Origin: a virus
Lineage: Duplodnaviria > Heunggongvirae > Uroviricota > Caudoviricetes
Strand: one strand, 5' to 3'
DNA: 64,000 nt
IMG/VR virus record: IMGVR_UViG_3300028886_000029
Coordinates: 174,007-238,006 of that record
Positions 60,077-64,000 of the stretch are shown piece after piece. Made by a program: the position numbers and the translations under genes. The notes under the pieces are model-generated. The model was not told the DNA's origin. It was given only the letters and a program-made list of their open reading frames with translations, and did no database searches. Positions within the stretch are counted from its first letter, which is position 1; every line of letters starts with the position of its first letter.

Positions 60077-60185
60077 AAACAGTATTTTTTAATGGTAAGA
60101 CTCATCCGAGATGAGTGATTTTTTAAGGAAAGTACTTGTATAACATGTAGAAGAAAAAATATTGTTGCAATAACAAGTGCAACAA

Positions 60186-61070
60186 ATGGGTAGAGGAAGA
60201 AAACCAAAAGAGAGAAAAGGTTATTTTTATGAGAAAGAAGAACAAGCAGTAATTGATTATCTTAACACAACTGACATAAACAAAAAGAATACCATTTTCA
60301 ATGAGATACTTTTACCTGCGTTTACTAAAATGGTTGAGGCTATTATAAGACGATATAAATTATATGTGCCCGACGAACTTTTCGAAGAGACATTTAATGA
60401 CACATTTTCTTATTTGATGTCAAAATTTTCTCATTATAAACCGGTTTCTTATGAATATCAAGAAATAAGTGAGTTACCTGAAAACACAAACGCTGTCATG
60501 TGTGATATAAACGAAGGTAAAGAACTTCTAAAAAAAACTGACAAAGATTGTCCTAAATATTTAATAATATCAGAAGATGATAATATATTGTTATATAAAC
60601 TTGTTCAAAAGAAAAATAAGGCATTTTCATATTATCAAACAATATGTAAAAATTATTTGATGGCGAAAGGAATACAATATGTTAACAATCAAAAAAGAAA
60701 TGCCCCTTATGATAATGTGTCTGAAATTTATGACAATAATATCAAATATATCAATGAGGATGAAAAAGCATATTCTTTCGCTGAAAATCTCATAGAAAAA
60801 ACATCAAATGAGATAAAAAAAATGATTGACAACCCTGAGACAAATAACTTAAATGATGGGGAAATTAAAGTTGGAAAAGCACTCGTGGAATTGTTGGACA
60901 ATTGGGAAACAAGGGTTTTGTCTGAAGACAGTAATAAACTACAAAAAAACAAGGTACTATATTTTCTCAGGGAAGAAACCATGATGTCAACCAAAGTAGT
61001 CAGGGAAAACATGAAAAAATATTTTACGCTTTATTTCAATATCAAAAAAAAGGAACTTGAAGAACAATAG
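60186..61070 (+). CDS. Phage sigma-factor-like protein (candidate late sigma)
   Basis: YF..EQAVIDY..F.KMVEAII..Y..D..L..K...Y.P [insert] KAFSYYQTICKNYL resembles sigma70 region 2 as retained in T4 gp55-type factors. Confidence 0.6.
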   Translation: MGRGRKPKERKGYFYEKEEQAVIDYLNTTDINKKNTIFNEILLPAFTKMVEAIIRRYKLYVPDELFEETFNDTFSYLMSKFSHYKPVSYEYQEISELPENTNAVMCDINEGKELLKKTDKDCPKYLIISEDDNILLYKLVQKKNKAFSYYQTICKNYLMAKGIQYVNNQKRNAPYDNVSEIYDNNIKYINEDEKAYSFAENLIEKTSNEIKKMIDNPETNNLNDGEIKVGKALVELLDNWETRVLSEDSNKLQKNKVLYFLREETMMSTKVVRENMKKYFTLYFNIKKKELEEQ

Positions 61071-61119
61071 TTGTGACAAAAAAACTTGCCACAACTATTT
61101 ATAATAAAATGTGTATATT

Positions 61120-61527
61120 ATGGGAAATAAATATAAAGTAAGGCTTAATTCAATAGAGAAAATTGAGGAATTACTACAAGAAATATATGAGGAGTCTTGT
61201 AGGTTAATAAACCAAATACAGGGTGAAATGGACAAAATACAAAACAATATTGTGTTAGGTAGCGAAGGTATAACAATTGAGGAAAAAACCAAATATGCCA
61301 AAGCCATGAACGATTTTATGACAAACAAGAAAAAAGCCATTGATTCCAAATTTGAAATCGCTAAATTCATGGGTGAACTGGCTAAACATGGTGGTGATAT
61401 TAACAGCACGTTAAACGACCCTGCATTTTCCAAAGAGACAAAACTTGACATATCAATGTTGAAAAACATGGCATTAAATGATGTGGATGATAAAGACGAT
61501 TATGACTCATACAAATTGAAAAACTAA
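61120..61527 (+). CDS. Helical hypothetical late protein
   Basis: ATG at 61120; TATTTAT at 61096-61102. Confidence 0.6.
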   Translation: MGNKYKVRLNSIEKIEELLQEIYEESCRLINQIQGEMDKIQNNIVLGSEGITIEEKTKYAKAMNDFMTNKKKAIDSKFEIAKFMGELAKHGGDINSTLNDPAFSKETKLDISMLKNMALNDVDDKDDYDSYKLKN

Positions 61528-63434
61528 TGAAAGTTGATTATAACAGGTTGGCAGGAAGAATTGGTGCGATGCAAACACTCATAGAGAATTTCCCTATGGG
61601 TATTTTTTCCACATATGGTGACTCATACCAATCTCCGATTGATTTCATTTTATATGTCTTGAAATTACTTGGTCTTGATGAGATAACATTGACCAACAAC
61701 ATAATTGATTTATTTTTCAATGTGCCTAATGCTGTGGAGATTTATAAAGGTATGAACAACGCCTTTGTTTATAAAAAACTAAAAAATCCTACAGACTACC
61801 AAAAAGAAAACGCTGTCAGAGACGGTGTTATTCCTGAAGCGACAATCGCATCACCTGACTATATTCTTTACGATGGGGAATATTATTATAAAACAACAAA
61901 AATTGCCCATGACCCACAAAGTGAATTTTTAACTGGTCTTGAAAACAATGTTAAAACAATTTTGATGAATATACTGACAAGTATATTATCATGCTCATTA
62001 TTACCTAATATAGAGGAATATAACCTGGACAGTAATAATAATGAAATAACATCACCAATTGAAATACCATTAAAATACATTGACACATCAGGTTTGTTAA
62101 ATATTTGTCCTACAACAGACATCGGTCAAAATTTTTATTCGGTTGATGCCGACATGACACCCAACACATTATACAAAACGCAAGATTTAAACGCTTTTCT
62201 TTGGTATGTCTTGAACAGGGGAACACAAATAACACAAAATGAAAAAAATAAACTGATGTGGGACAGTAGATTGGTTGAACAAACAGATGCTGACTACATA
62301 AGAGATACATCAGAAAAATGGAACTATTGGTACAACAGTAAAACCACCAACATTGAAGGTGGGAATTGGAAATTGTTACCCTCAGGTTTTACGGACAACA
62401 ATATTGACGCACCACTTCATCCTATATTACAATTTTATGTCAACGGTGTTGATGGAGAAAAATCAATCAGTCTTTTGTTCCCAAGACAAACATATGAAAA
62501 CAAAACCATTTTTGATTTCAATAACGATTATCTGAAAAACATAAAGATATTCTCACCAAGGGTTATTATTTCCAATATGATTAATGAATTATTAAGTGGC
62601 AATGTACTTGGCACACTAAATGTTAGTTTAAAGTACAGTATAGAGGAAAACATACTTGACGCACAAATTAACGAAATAATCAAAAGGGCACTTGAACAAG
62701 ATGATGTTAAAATTTCAGATTGTTTTTTCAGTTTCTCCAATGACGATTACAACACTATGTTGGAACAAATGGAAATGGAACGATATGGTGGTAAAGAATT
62801 GAACAGTGAGACATCACCGGTAATGAAAATAGATGAGGACTTCGGTCTTAACGCACTTAACCAAATTAATTCCACCGCCACCATCAATGAAAAAATAGCG
62901 ACAATAACCAAAACTGTTTTTGATATTTCAGCAATACCAGGAAAAGATGCCGCAGTTGAAATATCGGACAAATGGATGTTGAACTATAATTGTGAGTGGT
63001 TGAACAATATTGTCTTTTCTATCGTAAGACCTTTGGTTAAATCACTTTTGTCCCCTAAAGTCATGTTACTTTTTATGATTAATTTCAGCGTCATGGGACT
63101 AATCAATCTTGAGGACATCAAAAGTTTTAGACAGATATTACTTGTTTTGTATAGAAAAATAATGGGAACGATTATCTCAATTGTACAATACATAAAATAT
63201 GAGTTAATATCATATCTAATTAACCTATATTACAAGTTACTTGAGCCGATAATCGCAAAATACATTGCTATTATAGGCATTGAAAAAATAAATTACTGGA
63301 GAACACTACTACTTGAAGCAAGACTATGTTTACCGACATTTAAAAGAACAAAAGTTTTGACTGAAATTGATGATGTGAATTATGCGGATATAACACAAAC
63401 AAGTAATGTTCCAGAAAGCACAGAAACATGTTAA
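61527..63434 (+). CDS. Large hypothetical protein, possibly structural
   Basis: 635 aa with a hydrophobic C-terminal region, in the late-motif operon. Confidence 0.6.
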   Translation: MKVDYNRLAGRIGAMQTLIENFPMGIFSTYGDSYQSPIDFILYVLKLLGLDEITLTNNIIDLFFNVPNAVEIYKGMNNAFVYKKLKNPTDYQKENAVRDGVIPEATIASPDYILYDGEYYYKTTKIAHDPQSEFLTGLENNVKTILMNILTSILSCSLLPNIEEYNLDSNNNEITSPIEIPLKYIDTSGLLNICPTTDIGQNFYSVDADMTPNTLYKTQDLNAFLWYVLNRGTQITQNEKNKLMWDSRLVEQTDADYIRDTSEKWNYWYNSKTTNIEGGNWKLLPSGFTDNNIDAPLHPILQFYVNGVDGEKSISLLFPRQTYENKTIFDFNNDYLKNIKIFSPRVIISNMINELLSGNVLGTLNVSLKYSIEENILDAQINEIIKRALEQDDVKISDCFFSFSNDDYNTMLEQMEMERYGGKELNSETSPVMKIDEDFGLNALNQINSTATINEKIATITKTVFDISAIPGKDAAVEISDKWMLNYNCEWLNNIVFSIVRPLVKSLLSPKVMLLFMINFSVMGLINLEDIKSFRQILLVLYRKIMGTIISIVQYIKYELISYLINLYYKLLEPIIAKYIAIIGIEKINYWRTLLLEARLCLPTFKRTKVLTEIDDVNYADITQTSNVPESTETC

Positions 63435-63832
63435 AAATGGCTATGTTTGACAAAATAATTGACTTGATGAATTCAGTCATAGATAAAATGAAGACACCTG
63501 CTGAGACACTTCCGACTTTATTATTACAGGCTGTCGCCATACAAAGACCTGGTTTATCTCCTTCAAAAATCACGGCTAACGTGATTAGTAACAATAATAC
63601 CATTGGTATCCCCACAGGAACAAATCCTGATGGCTCACCAAACAAAATAAATGAGTACACATACAATGTGGTCAAATGTATTGTTGACGCGATTAAGGAA
63701 GACGCTGTTGTGCAAGTGGCTATACCAAGTGGAAGTATTGTCGTTGAAACTACTGGTGCGAACGCAGGTGGACCATTGGTTGGGACAGGGACAAATATAA
63801 TAAACACAACAGTTAAAGGTATTATAAGATAA
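63428..63832 (+). CDS. Hypothetical protein, possibly structural
   Basis: RPGLSP..GIPTG..DGSPN..GANAGGP. Confidence 0.6.
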   Translation: MLKMAMFDKIIDLMNSVIDKMKTPAETLPTLLLQAVAIQRPGLSPSKITANVISNNNTIGIPTGTNPDGSPNKINEYTYNVVKCIVDAIKEDAVVQVAIPSGSIVVETTGANAGGPLVGTGTNIINTTVKGIIR

Positions 63833-64000
63833 TGGGAAAAAAAGACATTAAAACACTCACTAACGGTGAACTTAATATTTACAAAGTCGAATTAACCAAC
63901 AAATATGAGGTTCTGAAAAAAGATATTAAGAAACTATGTGATGAGATGGATTCCTTGGACAATGAATATAATAAGGTTGTTGAGGAAATGAATAAAAGAA
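63832..64000 (+). CDS. Coiled-coil hypothetical protein, partial
   Basis: TAATG overlap; MGKKDIKTLTNGELNIYKVEL... is open to the window edge. Confidence 0.6.
   Translation, partial: MGKKDIKTLTNGELNIYKVELTNKYEVLKKDIKKLCDEMDSLDNEYNKVVEEMNKR

Noticed and set aside
105-63807. Many short antisense ORFs in the track (for example 11994-12542, 45960-46451, 63340-63807)
   Set aside because: They are shadows opposite well-supported genes, with no motifs.
1-64000. Stop-codon reassignment (TAG or TGA recoding as in some gut jumbo phages)
   Set aside because: Long genes are intact in the standard code, and TAG/TGA end genes at sensible points (for example 561, 14184, 24653).
1-64000. tRNA, rRNA genes or CRISPR arrays
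   Set aside because: No cloverleaf or repeat-spacer pattern seen by eye in the few intergenic gaps; tRNAscan was not run.

Overview
AT-rich 64 kb segment of a large (jumbo-type) contractile-tailed dsDNA phage, read in the standard genetic code. Repeated TAnnTTTG promoter elements point to a Bacteroidota host. The window holds a tail/baseplate module (hub with two peptidoglycan hydrolases, OmpA-like baseplate protein, tape measure, chaperones, tube, sheath, neck/terminator), an SNF2 helicase, a family B DNA polymerase, a sigma-like factor, glycosyltransferases with RfbD, and three zinc-ribbon-repeat homing-type endonucleases. Main observations: (1) an IS607-type element (about 26359-29533) splits a phage gene at TGGG/GGAGAAA and carries five tightly tiled small cargo ORFs, four of them between tnpA and tnpB, plus an omegaRNA-like right end; (2) many unrelated enzymes (T3-type SAM lyase, three ADP-ribosyltransferase-fold proteins, AEP primase-like, WYL) share short amphipathic leaders with [LI]-x-E sites, suggesting a capsid-loading system for injected anti-defence cargo; (3) a protein carries a stand-alone UvrA-binding (Mfd/UvrB) domain; (4) a likely +1/-2 frameshift joins the tail chaperones; (5) a TATTTAT late-promoter motif precedes 12 genes. 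All functional calls come from motif recognition by eye, with no database searches.
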